In this document: positions 9,045 through 18,292 of the stretch, piece after piece
How the letters are laid out: each line of letters begins with the position of its first letter
Numbering within the stretch: position 1 is the stretch's first letter
IMG/VR virus record: IMGVR_UViG_3300042934_000822
Location: 1-64,000 of that record
DNA from: a virus
Reading direction: 5' to 3' (one strand)
Length of the DNA: 64,000 nucleotides
Translations under genes and position numbers: made by a program
The notes under the pieces: model-generated
The model's database searches: none
What the model was told of the DNA's origin: nothing
Seen by the model: the letters and a program-made list of their open reading frames with translations, nothing else

Positions 9045-9535
9045 TGCGCGCGCCTTCCGACTTGGCAACTCTGGACTTCACTCTGCAGAAGCTGGCGTTC
9101 ACACCTGAGATCAGCGCGAAGGTCCAAAGCGGCTCGGTGCGCCTGGCCATTCTGCCGTGCTGGCCACAACCTGTCGTCGACGCCGAGCTGATGAGCGCCG
9201 CCGGCGTTCCGGTGGGGGATGAGCTGGCGCTGATCGGTGTGGTTGAACGCGCATTTCGCCAAGGCCTCATTGACCGCAGCACGGCGCCGATCCGGGTCGG
9301 CCATGCCTTTGAGTTGCTCCAGGCTCTGCCAGGGCAGAAATTCAATCGCCTGGGCACCGGTCTGGTGAAGGACGTTGGTATCACACGGCTGAGCCAGATC
9401 ACTGAGTTGCAACGACAAGGCGCAGGACACCCAACACTCCACGATTTATCCAGATATTGGGCAAGTAATATGCCTGACTTTCCAGCGCACACTAACCCAT
9501 GGTGCTGGCTAATCTTCTTCGAGAACAAGGGGTAA
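9044..9535 (+). CDS. Hypothetical protein, ASCH/PUA-like phage family
   Basis: RLSQITE...NPWCWLIFF C-terminal motif; TAATG coupling. Confidence 0.6.
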   Translation: MRAPSDLATLDFTLQKLAFTPEISAKVQSGSVRLAILPCWPQPVVDAELMSAAGVPVGDELALIGVVERAFRQGLIDRSTAPIRVGHAFELLQALPGQKFNRLGTGLVKDVGITRLSQITELQRQGAGHPTLHDLSRYWASNMPDFPAHTNPWCWLIFFENKG

Positions 9536-9540
9536 CTTAC

Positions 9541-9882
9541 ATGCACACTTTGCCGCTATTTGTAGTTGTTGGGGCGCTGGTTTTTATCTATCGAAAATAT
9601 AATCCAGCCAACCAGCCGAATATATTGCTGCACAAGTTTCAACGGCGGTTAAGAGTGTGGTTGGGCGCTTTCATTTTTATCGTGCTGCTGCTGATTGGCT
9701 ACACCGCTCCGGCCAGCGTTGGCCATCTGCTGGCGAGCATCCAGGCGAACCAGCTCGAGCAGATCGCTCAGCGGCAGGAGGCTAGACAGGCGTCAGAATT
9801 ACGACACGTCCAGGCGATGATCGAGGTGCTGGGAGGGCCAGACAACTATTTGGCGTACGAAAAACGACACCGAGCACTATAG
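9541..9882 (+). CDS. Hypothetical membrane protein (2 TM)
   Basis: Two hydrophobic segments. Confidence 0.6.
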   Translation: MHTLPLFVVVGALVFIYRKYNPANQPNILLHKFQRRLRVWLGAFIFIVLLLIGYTAPASVGHLLASIQANQLEQIAQRQEARQASELRHVQAMIEVLGGPDNYLAYEKRHRAL

Positions 9883-10042
9883 CGGCAAAATTTCTATACC
9901 ACTCGTCGCTAAAACCCCTTCCGCCCGGAACTTTCTCATGCCACCCTTCACAAACCAAGCATGCGAGGATGGGGTCAATGTGTGGGACCGGATTTCCCCC
10001 GACCCTCGTCAGCCCTTGCGCGGTAGGCTCTAGAGCGTTTCA

Positions 10043-10067
10043 TGACGCGGATATTATATCCGCGTCA
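10043..10067. promoter_or_regulatory. Palindrome TGACGCGGATA-TTA-TATCCGCGTCA (operator or recombination site)
   Basis: 11-bp perfect inverted repeat upstream of the integrase; half-site recurs at 6273, 6294, 6895, 6917 and 62946. Confidence 0.6.
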
Positions 10068-10205
10068 ATTCCGGCGAATGTCTCGCCTTTGCTCTAGGCT
10101 TAGACCTGTTCCATTCAAACTCAAACGTCTTTCGATTCACCAGGTCTGGAACCGTCGCATGCAGCTCGAAGCCCCCATTAACACAGCACACACGAAGGCA
10201 GAACG

Positions 10206-11438
10206 ATGTCCCTTACTCAGAAGGTTATTCAAAACATAACCACGCCGGGAAAGTATCAAGACAAGTATGGTCTAGCCTTGCGCGTCTCTCCGGGCGGCTC
10301 TAAAGCCTGGATTTTGAGGTACACGTTCAACGGCGTGCGGCGTGATGACGGCCTGGGAAAGTACCCTGACGTCTCGCTGGCCGAAGCACGCGAGACGGCC
10401 ATGGCCATGAGGCTCAAGGCAGGTAAGGGGATAGACCCGCGCCAGGAGAAGGCAGAGCGGGCCAAGGCCGCTACCACGTTCGAGGAGGCAGGCAATGCCT
10501 TTATCGCGCGGCACCGGCACGGATGGTCGGAGGCGCACATCCATCAGTGGGAAGCGTCCCTGCGCGACCATGTTTACCCAAAAATTGGCAGAACCCCTGT
10601 GCACGCCATCGACACGGAAACCGTGAGGACCGTGCTCGACGTGATATGGCACGAAAAGCCTGAAACAGCGCGGCGCGTGCGTAACAGGATTGAGCGGATC
10701 CTGGACTACTCAAAGGCGCTCGGCCACCGCGAAGGCGACAACCCGGCCCGCTGGCGTGGTCACCTGCAGAACATCATGTCCACGCTGCTGCCCACCCCTA
10801 CTCCCCTCGAGTCAATGGATTATCGAGTATTGCCAGCTTTCATGCGGCGGCTTGATGCGGAAGATTCGCGCGCCGCGCGCTGCCTGCAGTTCCTGATCCT
10901 GACGGGTTGCCGCAGCAAAGAGGCAATGGACGCGCGGTGGGACGAGATCGATTGGGAGCGACTGGTGTGGCGCATTCCGGCCGAGCGGATGAAAAGCCGC
11001 GAGCTGCATGAGATCCCGCTGAGCGATGCGGCGTTGGCTGTCCTGAAAGAGGCCGGTACCCGGGGCCGCAGCGACTACATTTTCGCCAGCAAGAACCTCA
11101 AGGCGCCCATGGCCAACAACTCGTTGCGCCGCCTAATGACCAAGCTGGGCGAGGACTGCACGGTGCACGGGTTCCGCGCTACCTTCCGCACCTGGCTGCA
11201 GGAGAAGACCGATTTCTCCAACGAATTGTGTGAGGCTGCGCTGGCACATGCCGTGGGCACCCTGACGCAACGGGCTTACACCCGGGGTAAGCAGTTGGAG
11301 AAACGTCGGCCGATGATGGATAAATGGGCGCGTTTTGCGGTGGAAAAGCTGGTGACGCCCACGCCAAGGCCAACCGTGAATTCAATGGCGGCGGCTCGCA
11401 CACCACGCATTAAAAACGAGTGCACCGTCCGGCCCTGA
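10206..11438 (+). CDS. int: P4-type tyrosine integrase with arm-binding domain
   Basis: GLALRVSPGGSKAW...LGKYPDVSLAEAR arm-binding domain; catalytic R (LTGCR), K, HGFR, LAH, Y all present. Confidence 0.93.
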   Translation: MSLTQKVIQNITTPGKYQDKYGLALRVSPGGSKAWILRYTFNGVRRDDGLGKYPDVSLAEARETAMAMRLKAGKGIDPRQEKAERAKAATTFEEAGNAFIARHRHGWSEAHIHQWEASLRDHVYPKIGRTPVHAIDTETVRTVLDVIWHEKPETARRVRNRIERILDYSKALGHREGDNPARWRGHLQNIMSTLLPTPTPLESMDYRVLPAFMRRLDAEDSRAARCLQFLILTGCRSKEAMDARWDEIDWERLVWRIPAERMKSRELHEIPLSDAALAVLKEAGTRGRSDYIFASKNLKAPMANNSLRRLMTKLGEDCTVHGFRATFRTWLQEKTDFSNELCEAALAHAVGTLTQRAYTRGKQLEKRRPMMDKWARFAVEKLVTPTPRPTVNSMAAARTPRIKNECTVRP

Positions 11439-11530
11439 CCGGAAAGCCGCGTCTGCAGCTGCCAATCGAAAAAGGCAGGCTGCAGCGCGGCCGCGTCGCG
11501 AATTAAGCATGAATTGACAACCGGGGTGAC

Positions 11531-12019
11531 TCACGCAGTGCGCTGAATATCCGGAATATTGAAGCGCGCGCGGTAATCAGCGATCTCCGCATCGGTCAGC
11601 ACTGCTACATCGAAGTCCGACCAGCTCACCCCAGCGGCCTGGCAAGCATTCCAAGCGTGCCAACCGCCTACGTCCAGACCTGCGTGAAGCGCGCTCCCCT
11701 GCAGCGGCGTGGCGCCCTGCAGCAGGCACATTTCGGCAAACAGCGCATCCAACTCGGCCCGAGTCTCGCCGGTCACCCTGCTGAGCATGTAGCGGGCATC
11801 GTGAATTACACCTGGCAGCCTGTGGTCGACACCACGGAAGAAGCCGCCGGCCAAGTTCGGGATGCTGGCCAGGTCGGTCAGCATCCCGCGTGGTGCCTCG
11901 TAGGTCTTGCCGTTCGCCGCCACATAGTGGAACGGCTCCATCAACGTCCACAGCTGGTTGCTCTGCGCCGATCGGAAAGGGCGCAGCGCCGGTATGCCGC
12001 TGAAACCCTGCTTAGGCAC
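11531..12019 (-). CDS. DUF1353 family protein
   Basis: APRGMLTDLASIP...VIHDARY...DALF motif. Confidence 0.85.
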   Translation of the reverse strand: MPKQGFSGIPALRPFRSAQSNQLWTLMEPFHYVAANGKTYEAPRGMLTDLASIPNLAGGFFRGVDHRLPGVIHDARYMLSRVTGETRAELDALFAEMCLLQGATPLQGSALHAGLDVGGWHAWNACQAAGVSWSDFDVAVLTDAEIADYRARFNIPDIQRTA

Positions 12020-12506
12020 CGCGTGTCGTCTCGATCGCTTGCGCCACGGTACCTGGTACCGGCGCCTCTTCGGCGCCGATCGCCAGCTTGGTAGGCGGCT
12101 CGGACGGCACCGCGCCAGGCTGGCCAGCTGGCGACTTTGGGGCAGCGCGCAGGCTCTGGATCAGGTCGGCCTGTTCCTGGGTCAGGCGCCCATCGGCCAC
12201 CGCCTTGGTGATAGCCTGGTCGATCAGCTGCGCAGCCTTTTCCTGGGCCGCCAAGGACAGCTTGGCATCCAGGGTGGTGTCGCCATTGACCACATCGCAG
12301 ATGCCGGTGTTGTAGGCCTTGCCGGCGACCACCAGCTGCGCGACCGCTCGCTGGCCGGGGGTCAGGGAGCAGTAGCCGGACAGCGCGCTCGAGGCGTCGG
12401 CATACACCGCGCCCCCGACAGTGGAAACAGTACGGCCAACAGTGGAACAGGCGGCCATGCTGGCCAGCGCCAGGCCCAGAACGGCGCCCATCAGAATTTT
12501 ACGCAT
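12012..12506 (-). CDS. Lipoprotein in the lysis cassette
   Basis: Signal peptide with lipobox MAAC; directly downstream of the endolysin. Confidence 0.7.
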   Translation of the reverse strand: MRKILMGAVLGLALASMAACSTVGRTVSTVGGAVYADASSALSGYCSLTPGQRAVAQLVVAGKAYNTGICDVVNGDTTLDAKLSLAAQEKAAQLIDQAITKAVADGRLTQEQADLIQSLRAAPKSPAGQPGAVPSEPPTKLAIGAEEAPVPGTVAQAIETTRGA

Positions 12507-12550
12507 AGGTCTCTCTCTTGATTTTCAGGGGTTGGGGGAAATAGGGGAAG

Positions 12551-13132
12551 TCAGGCCGCCGGCGGCAGCCCGCTGAGGCATTGCCCCAGCTCGTGCTCGC
12601 GGCGGATCTTGATGCCGCGCATCCACTTGGGGTTGAGCCACTGCATGATTTCGTTACACGCGCCCCGGCGATCGCCGGCGCGCAGCTTGCGCATAAGGGT
12701 GCTGGGTACGCCGCTGGACTTGAGCGCGAACAAGCCATCCTTCACGCCTTTGCCGCCTGGGCCCAGGTTGTCGTACATGCTGTTGTAGGCGAACTGCTCG
12801 CCCTCGCTCAGGTCGAGGTAGGTGATAGGACCGGTCGGCGTCTGGATAGGGCCGATCCGGCGATTGAGAACCTGCTGGTTGGAAGCGATACGCTCGAGCA
12901 GCGTGCTCGAGCACTCTGCCAAGGTGCGGTCCGGCTGGTCGAACTTGACGCCCATGGTCTGGCCCATGCACACGGTCGGGATGCCCAGGCCATCGTCGTA
13001 GACGGTCAAGCGTGTGCCTTCGTAGCCTGCAGCCGTGATCGCCATAGCGATAACCAACCCCGCGAAGCCTTTTCGCTTGCCCGTGGTCTTGAGCGAGGCT
13101 GTTACCTCAGACGTTGTCGGGTTCTTCGCCAT
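12551..13132 (-). CDS. SAR-type endolysin, GH24 lysozyme
   Basis: Basic N-terminus plus Gly/Ala-rich TM, then E-x8-D-x5-T catalytic triad (EGTRLTVYDDGLGIPT). Confidence 0.85.
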   Translation of the reverse strand: MAKNPTTSEVTASLKTTGKRKGFAGLVIAMAITAAGYEGTRLTVYDDGLGIPTVCMGQTMGVKFDQPDRTLAECSSTLLERIASNQQVLNRRIGPIQTPTGPITYLDLSEGEQFAYNSMYDNLGPGGKGVKDGLFALKSSGVPSTLMRKLRAGDRRGACNEIMQWLNPKWMRGIKIRREHELGQCLSGLPPAA

Positions 13133-13367
13133 CGTCGTTGTCTCCTGTGGTTTTGCTGAGGAAGTGGATGGCCACGTTCAAGGCCTTGAGCACCGCCGAC
13201 ACGGCGCCATAGATGGCCGGGTCGACCAGGCCCTGGCCATCCAGGCAGGCCCAGGCGACCACTACCCCGTCGAGCAGGATCCCGGTCACGATCAGTGCGG
13301 TGTTGTAGGGTTTGGCGCCGCGCGCGCAACGCTTCATGGCGCCAGGTTTGGTGGTCTCAGCGGCCAC
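13107..13367 (-). CDS. Putative holin (2 TM)
   Basis: GTG start with GGAGG RBS; two hydrophobic segments, acidic tail; upstream of the endolysin. Confidence 0.6.
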   Translation of the reverse strand: MAAETTKPGAMKRCARGAKPYNTALIVTGILLDGVVVAWACLDGQGLVDPAIYGAVSAVLKALNVAIHFLSKTTGDNDDGEEPDNV

Positions 13368-13662
13368 GGGAATCGGCCTCCTTGCGCAGCTGCTTGATCT
13401 CAAAGCCCTGCTCGAGGACGGTGGCCTTCATGGCGCTGACCTCCTTGACGGTGTCGTCCTGGGTGGTCTTCACCTGGCTCAGGTCACGCTGTACCAGGGC
13501 AATGTCGCGGCTGAATCCGTTGATGGAGCTTTGAATGCCGTCCAGCTTGCCCACCATCATCGTGCCGAGGCCGATGATGGCTGCGCCGGCGACGCTTTGG
13601 CCCAGCTTGATAGCGGCCTGGACCAGGGGTGAATCCATCAAACGCTTTTGGTCGGCGGCCAT
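13357..13662 (-). CDS. Membrane-anchored coiled-coil lysis-cassette protein (holin/antiholin-like)
   Basis: One TM plus coiled coil; first gene of the lysis operon. Confidence 0.55.
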   Translation of the reverse strand: MAADQKRLMDSPLVQAAIKLGQSVAGAAIIGLGTMMVGKLDGIQSSINGFSRDIALVQRDLSQVKTTQDDTVKEVSAMKATVLEQGFEIKQLRKEADSRGR

Positions 13663-13698
13663 GTGTGTCTATCTCGGGAATGCGTGTCAGATGGCACT

Positions 13699-13740
13699 AT
13701 TCTCAAGGGACGGCAGGCCGCGAATTTGGAGAGGTTTGCG
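13699..13740 (-). promoter_or_regulatory. Late promoter CGCAAA-N30-GAGAAT (lysis operon)
   Basis: Conserved motif and spacing. Confidence 0.65.
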
Positions 13741-13748
13741 TCGATTTG

Positions 13749-13991
13749 CTAACGTTTGCAGAGGATTTCCGCCACGTTCGATATGCCTTTGATGAGGGCG
13801 TCCAGGCGGCTCAGCTCCGCGGCCGCGAGCTTGCCCTCGTTCTCGCGATTTTTCTTCCAGTTCTCGAACGGTTTGCTGGCGAAGAGCTTGCGGATGCGAT
13901 CGTCGGTCAGCTTGCCGCACTGGATGAGGTCCTGGCCGAAGTACAGCGCCAGGTCGGCACGCACGTCGTTATAGGACTCCCATAATTTCAC
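13749..13991 (-). CDS. Small tail/baseplate assembly protein
   Basis: Overlaps the end of the upstream chaperone-like gene; last gene of the tail operon. Confidence 0.55.
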   Translation of the reverse strand: MKLWESYNDVRADLALYFGQDLIQCGKLTDDRIRKLFASKPFENWKKNRENEGKLAAAELSRLDALIKGISNVAEILCKR

Positions 13992-14742
13992 GCGCTCGCT
14001 CGCTGATGCAGGAATGGGGAGGAAACCTGGCCGGTGCTAACTCTGGCACCCCCTTTTCGGCATCCGGTTCGCTGACCTGGCGCGCGACGACGCCGTGCAG
14101 GTAGGTGACTGCATAAACCAGATGCGCTGCCTGCTGCTCGCACTGCCGGTAGTAGTCGAACAGGCTGACGAACTCCGAGTCCTCCAGTCTGCGCACCTCG
14201 CGGATCCGCGCAGTGAGAGCCGCCTCGTACTGACCGTCGTCGTTGTAGGGCAACGGATCTTCGTCGGCGCAGCGTAGGCAGGCCGCCATGGTCGCCGCCC
14301 ACCAGCTGTAGTTGTTCTTTTTAAAGACCCCGCCCTCGATCAACGTCTCAATCGTCTCGGCCTGGTAGCCCAGCATGGGGCTATACACCATCGCCCGACC
14401 GTTGCACTCGAAGCTGATGTTCGCCACCTCGGGCGTAAAGTCCGTGTTGCCCAGCAGGTAGTCGTGGAAGTGCCCGTGTCCGATCGGGAAGTCCGGCCCG
14501 TCCTCGCGGGTGCTGCTCATGTAATAGGCCGCCACATAGAGCCGCTCGTTGATGGACCACATGCGAGGATCCGCTACGGCCCCCGGCCGGTCGATCGGCG
14601 TGCAGATGAACTGCAGGAGAGCCGTGGTCGTGCGCTGCTCGAAGATTGCCGGGATCTCGCACAGCTGCTCGATCTGCTCCATGTTGAGGACCGACACGTT
14701 CGCCGAGATCCGCGCGGTGTTCAGCGGTTGGATGTACTTCAT
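13969..14742 (-). CDS. Tail/baseplate hub assembly protein
   Basis: Synteny in the tube operon of P1-like phages. Confidence 0.5.
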   Translation of the reverse strand: MKYIQPLNTARISANVSVLNMEQIEQLCEIPAIFEQRTTTALLQFICTPIDRPGAVADPRMWSINERLYVAAYYMSSTREDGPDFPIGHGHFHDYLLGNTDFTPEVANISFECNGRAMVYSPMLGYQAETIETLIEGGVFKKNNYSWWAATMAACLRCADEDPLPYNDDGQYEAALTARIREVRRLEDSEFVSLFDYYRQCEQQAAHLVYAVTYLHGVVARQVSEPDAEKGVPELAPARFPPHSCISERAREIMGVL

Positions 14743-15446
14743 AGCACCCCGAAGTAGTCGTATTGGCCAAAGCGCAGGCTGACGGTGGCGAACTCATCTT
14801 CTGAGCGGGCCAGGTTGACCTCGCACGACACCGGAACCAGGGTCCAGGAGCCGCTGTAGCCGTAGTTTTCCTGCACCGCGCCGTGGGTAACGGTGATGGT
14901 GTTGGTGTACTGGGAGGGAAGACCGAACGTGCCGTCCGGAGCCGCCACCGTCAGTCTCAGCTGGTCGAACCACCGCTTGATCTCGCCGTCGACGTCGTAG
15001 CATGTCAGGGTTAATTCAACGGGGTCTGCGCCGGTAGGTACCTGGGTGAAGCCAGAGCCGATTTTTCCGGCCTCCCACCCCAGCTGGGTTCCGTTGTAGG
15101 AACACTCGATCGCCAGCAGATTGACCCGGGGCGCGGCTATCTTGGAGATGGGGTCTACCGCGACATGCCACAGGTTCGAACGCTCGCGGCTGACCCCCAT
15201 GGCCTCCTCGTGCATCTGCTCGAGCTTCTCCCAGGAGACCCCACCGAGAAGGATGTTGCCGTCTGAGGAAAACCGGGATGAGCGGCCGAAGGCGTTGTCC
15301 AGCATCTTGTTGCCGGCCCCTGAGACGTTGCCGCCCAGGAAGTCGCGCGCAGCTGCTGAATACCGAAGAAAGTTGCTGCCCAAGCCTTTCTTGGGCACCG
15401 CGGCTGACGCGGCCTGATAGGCCATGCGTTCGAAAATGTTGGCCAT
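14739..15446 (-). CDS. Tube-like baseplate protein
   Basis: Beta-rich C-terminus (VELTLTCYD...IKRWF) in the tail operon. Confidence 0.5.
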   Translation of the reverse strand: MANIFERMAYQAASAAVPKKGLGSNFLRYSAAARDFLGGNVSGAGNKMLDNAFGRSSRFSSDGNILLGGVSWEKLEQMHEEAMGVSRERSNLWHVAVDPISKIAAPRVNLLAIECSYNGTQLGWEAGKIGSGFTQVPTGADPVELTLTCYDVDGEIKRWFDQLRLTVAAPDGTFGLPSQYTNTITVTHGAVQENYGYSGSWTLVPVSCEVNLARSEDEFATVSLRFGQYDYFGVL

Positions 15447-15811
15447 CAGATCGACACGACCTCAAAACTGAATGCCTTTGCTGGCAGCGCCAGCAAGTAC
15501 TCCGCGATCGCAACATCGCACTCAGCTACGGAGCGGCCGAAGGGCTCTGCTCCCTGCGCCCGGGAAACCTCAAACGCGCTGGCGTTCTCCCGGTCGTTTT
15601 TCAGGTGCCACAGAGGCTTGATCAGCGCCAGCTCGCTGTCGGTCAAGTCGAAGTCCTGGTCGTCAGATTCCGGCCGCGCGTTGGTGAGGCGCCGGTACCC
15701 GCAGTACGCCGTTACGGCCTCCTGCAGGTTGCGAGCTACCTGGGCCTCGTCGAGAGCGCAGCCAATGGGCAGCACCTGGAAAAACTGAGCTACTAATTGG
15801 CTGATCTTCAT
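15446..15811 (-). CDS. Hypothetical virion morphogenesis protein (possible head-tail adaptor)
   Basis: Operon context. Confidence 0.5.
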   Translation of the reverse strand: MKISQLVAQFFQVLPIGCALDEAQVARNLQEAVTAYCGYRRLTNARPESDDQDFDLTDSELALIKPLWHLKNDRENASAFEVSRAQGAEPFGRSVAECDVAIAEYLLALPAKAFSFEVVSI

Positions 15812-15813
15812 GG

Positions 15814-16287
15814 TTACTGGTTCGCGAACCAGTGGAAGTGCATGGTCCCTTGGAAGATCAACAGCTCGGCGTCGCCTTCCCAGTCACGATCAGGGGTGTC
15901 CATGACCATGATCATGTTCTTGATCTCTTCCTTGCGCTTGTAGTCGTCCGGACGGCCTTCGTAAACGGTAGCGTTGAGGTAGCTGCCGTTGGCGATCAGG
16001 GCCTTGAGGAACTCACTGGCCTGGCCGTTGACGGTCTCGTACAGAGCCACCGGACCTTCCTGCTTGGTCTTGACCTGCTTGGGCTGGACCATCTTCTGGC
16101 CATTGGGGCCCCAGGTTTCGATCACGTCGTCGACCGTGGCCACAGGCCAGGGGAACTGCTTGACCAGCAGCGGCATATCGGGAAATTCGTCGAAGACGAT
16201 CTGGGCGTCGGCCTTTACGACCTTGCGCCCCTTGTCGTTGGTGTTCTGGAACGTGCGGCTCAATACCGCCATTGCATCTACGGACAT
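15814..16287 (-). CDS. Tail tube protein
   Basis: Size, composition (LLVKQFPWP...FQGTMHFHWF) and position match P1-like tube proteins. Confidence 0.65.
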   Translation of the reverse strand: MSVDAMAVLSRTFQNTNDKGRKVVKADAQIVFDEFPDMPLLVKQFPWPVATVDDVIETWGPNGQKMVQPKQVKTKQEGPVALYETVNGQASEFLKALIANGSYLNATVYEGRPDDYKRKEEIKNMIMVMDTPDRDWEGDAELLIFQGTMHFHWFANQ

Positions 16288-16322
16288 ACTCAAACCCTCG
16301 GGTGTTGGAACAAACGAGAGCC

Positions 16323-16364
16323 ATCGTCACACGAAGAAAACCCCCGTTTTTGCGGGGGTTTGCG
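16323..16364 (-). promoter_or_regulatory. Late promoter CGCAAA-N30-GACGAT overlapping a terminator hairpin
   Basis: AAACCCCCG-CAAAAA-CGGGGGTTTT stem inside the spacer. Confidence 0.7.
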
Positions 16365-16366
16365 CA

Positions 16367-17545
16367 CTATTTGCGAGTAAAAAACTTCCGAATGTCTGGC
16401 CGATCGAGCGCGGTCAACGTCGACATTGAAACCTGCACCGTGAGATCGATGTAGTTGCCTTCGGCATCACGCGGGGCATCCAGCGGGTAGTCGATGTTCT
16501 CGATTACAGATGGAGGGTAGGTGCGGCCGCCGTGCGTCAGGCCGAGCAACTTGGGCGCCTTGGAGGGGAACAGCGCCTTGATGAAGGAATCGACGTCCTT
16601 CGTGGTCTGCAGCACCTCAGACAAGATGCCGTCCTCAGCAAGCTCCTGGGGAAAAACCCATTCGAGTAGTCGCGCCAGCGGCGCTTCGACCTCCTTGTGA
16701 GCGTCCTTGATGGCTCGGAAACGAATGCCGAAGGTGAATTTCACCGGCGGCATGCCGGCGAAGACCTGACGACTATTCAGCTTCGTGACGCCCGTGCGTC
16801 CCTGCAGGTCCTTCATCACTGACTTGAGCTTGTCGGAGCTGGAATTCAGCGTATCGCTGACAGCCCCATCCTTGAACGGGCTGATGGCCTGCAGGGCGTT
16901 CAGCACTGGCACAAGCCCACCGGTCTGCAGCATGCCGGTGAGGGTAGGCGCCTTCGTTTCAGGCCCAGAGTTTTCGAAGGGTGACTGCCAATTCTGGGTG
17001 ATCGAGACGCTGCTGTTTTCCACCAGCGGGCCATAAACGCCTGCGAACTCTGCTGTGTCAGCGATCCCGTTGGCATCGCACACGAAGATCCTGGCCAGCA
17101 GAACCTGGGACAGACTGCCCCAGTCACTGCCCAGATCGTTGTTGAGCCCGCTCAAGCCCAGCGCGCCGCCGGCAGGGCCCTGGATGATGTTGGCTACCGA
17201 TCCCTTGATCGTCTCCCCGTTCACCAGAGTGGCGACCTTGCCGCGCACCTCGCTATAGACGTCAGCCACCGTCGTCTTGCCCTTGAACAGGTCGACAACG
17301 GTGCCTGAGACCTTCTGGCCAGCGCCCACGATGGCTTTGAGGTTTGCCTCTCCGCCTACCCGGGCAGCGGCAATGTCGGCGGCCGACTCGAGCGTCCCGG
17401 TAACCACGCTGGTGCCGACCTTTCCAGAAACGTCAGCCAATGACCCTAGCATTTTGTTGGATGTGGCCCCCAGGTTGACCGGAATGACCCCCTTGATGGA
17501 GGCCCCCACGGTCTTGCCCAGAGCATCGACGCTAAAGTCGGTCAC
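16367..17545 (-). CDS. Baseplate / tail-tube initiator protein
   Basis: QNWQSPFEN...TKLNSRQVF.GMPPVKF...P.VIENIDY pattern; follows the sheath. Confidence 0.55.
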   Translation of the reverse strand: MTDFSVDALGKTVGASIKGVIPVNLGATSNKMLGSLADVSGKVGTSVVTGTLESAADIAAARVGGEANLKAIVGAGQKVSGTVVDLFKGKTTVADVYSEVRGKVATLVNGETIKGSVANIIQGPAGGALGLSGLNNDLGSDWGSLSQVLLARIFVCDANGIADTAEFAGVYGPLVENSSVSITQNWQSPFENSGPETKAPTLTGMLQTGGLVPVLNALQAISPFKDGAVSDTLNSSSDKLKSVMKDLQGRTGVTKLNSRQVFAGMPPVKFTFGIRFRAIKDAHKEVEAPLARLLEWVFPQELAEDGILSEVLQTTKDVDSFIKALFPSKAPKLLGLTHGGRTYPPSVIENIDYPLDAPRDAEGNYIDLTVQVSMSTLTALDRPDIRKFFTRK

Positions 17546-17548
17546 TGG

Positions 17549-18283
17549 TTACTTCCCGATGGTTTTCAGGCGGATCCGCATCGACTTGGCACGCTTGCGC
17601 TTCGCGGTACCGGAGAAGGCTTTGCGCTGCATCTTGCGAACAGCGGCTTTCTGGCCGGCACTGAGGCGCACGGCGCCGCCGATGCGTTTCTTCACGCGAA
17701 CTTTCTTGCCGTCACGGATGGCCAGAACCTTGCGGTAGGTCGCGTCCAGCATCGAGTCATCGTCGCCATGCACGAACTTGTCGACCGCATCCAGCATGGC
17801 TTCCTCGCCCTGGGGCATCTTGTCCAGGAGCACGTCATGGACGCGCGCAGCGACGTCGTTGTCGAAGTCCTCGAGCAGGGCGTCGATATCGCCCGAATCG
17901 ACGCCCTGGCTCTCCAGGTAGTCGCCTACCAGGTTGGCCACGTCGTTGGCGTAGTCGGCCTCGTCGTCGGTCATGTCCTCGTCGCCCTCGCTGGCGGTAC
18001 CGACGATCAGCGCGTAGAGCCGGTCGCCGTAGCCTTCCTCGGAGTCCAGGACGTCCGACTCCGACCACTCCTCGACGACAGCAGCCGCATCCACACGCAT
18101 CTCATCGGTGAACACCGACTGGACGTCGTCGAGCATATGCTCGCCTTCACCGGTGCCCGTTCCGGCGCCGTTGGCGTTGTCCATCATGGCGCCGTTGCCC
18201 GGCTGAGTCGGGCTTTGCGGTGCGGCAAATGCAGCTTCCAGGGCGACGCTCGCGCCGATGATGCTGCTCACGTAATTATCCAT
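17549..18283 (-). CDS. Acidic head-associated protein with basic C-terminal tail
   Basis: Very acidic body, RLSAGQKAAVRK...RAKS basic tail, four M(L/M)D motifs. Confidence 0.6.
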   Translation of the reverse strand: MDNYVSSIIGASVALEAAFAAPQSPTQPGNGAMMDNANGAGTGTGEGEHMLDDVQSVFTDEMRVDAAAVVEEWSESDVLDSEEGYGDRLYALIVGTASEGDEDMTDDEADYANDVANLVGDYLESQGVDSGDIDALLEDFDNDVAARVHDVLLDKMPQGEEAMLDAVDKFVHGDDDSMLDATYRKVLAIRDGKKVRVKKRIGGAVRLSAGQKAAVRKMQRKAFSGTAKRKRAKSMRIRLKTIGK

Positions 18284-18292
18284 GGCCCCCCC

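Noticed and set aside
10125-10150. TTCGATTC as a tRNA-derived attP core
   Set aside because: The match is too short, and no T-stem or acceptor-stem context is evident.
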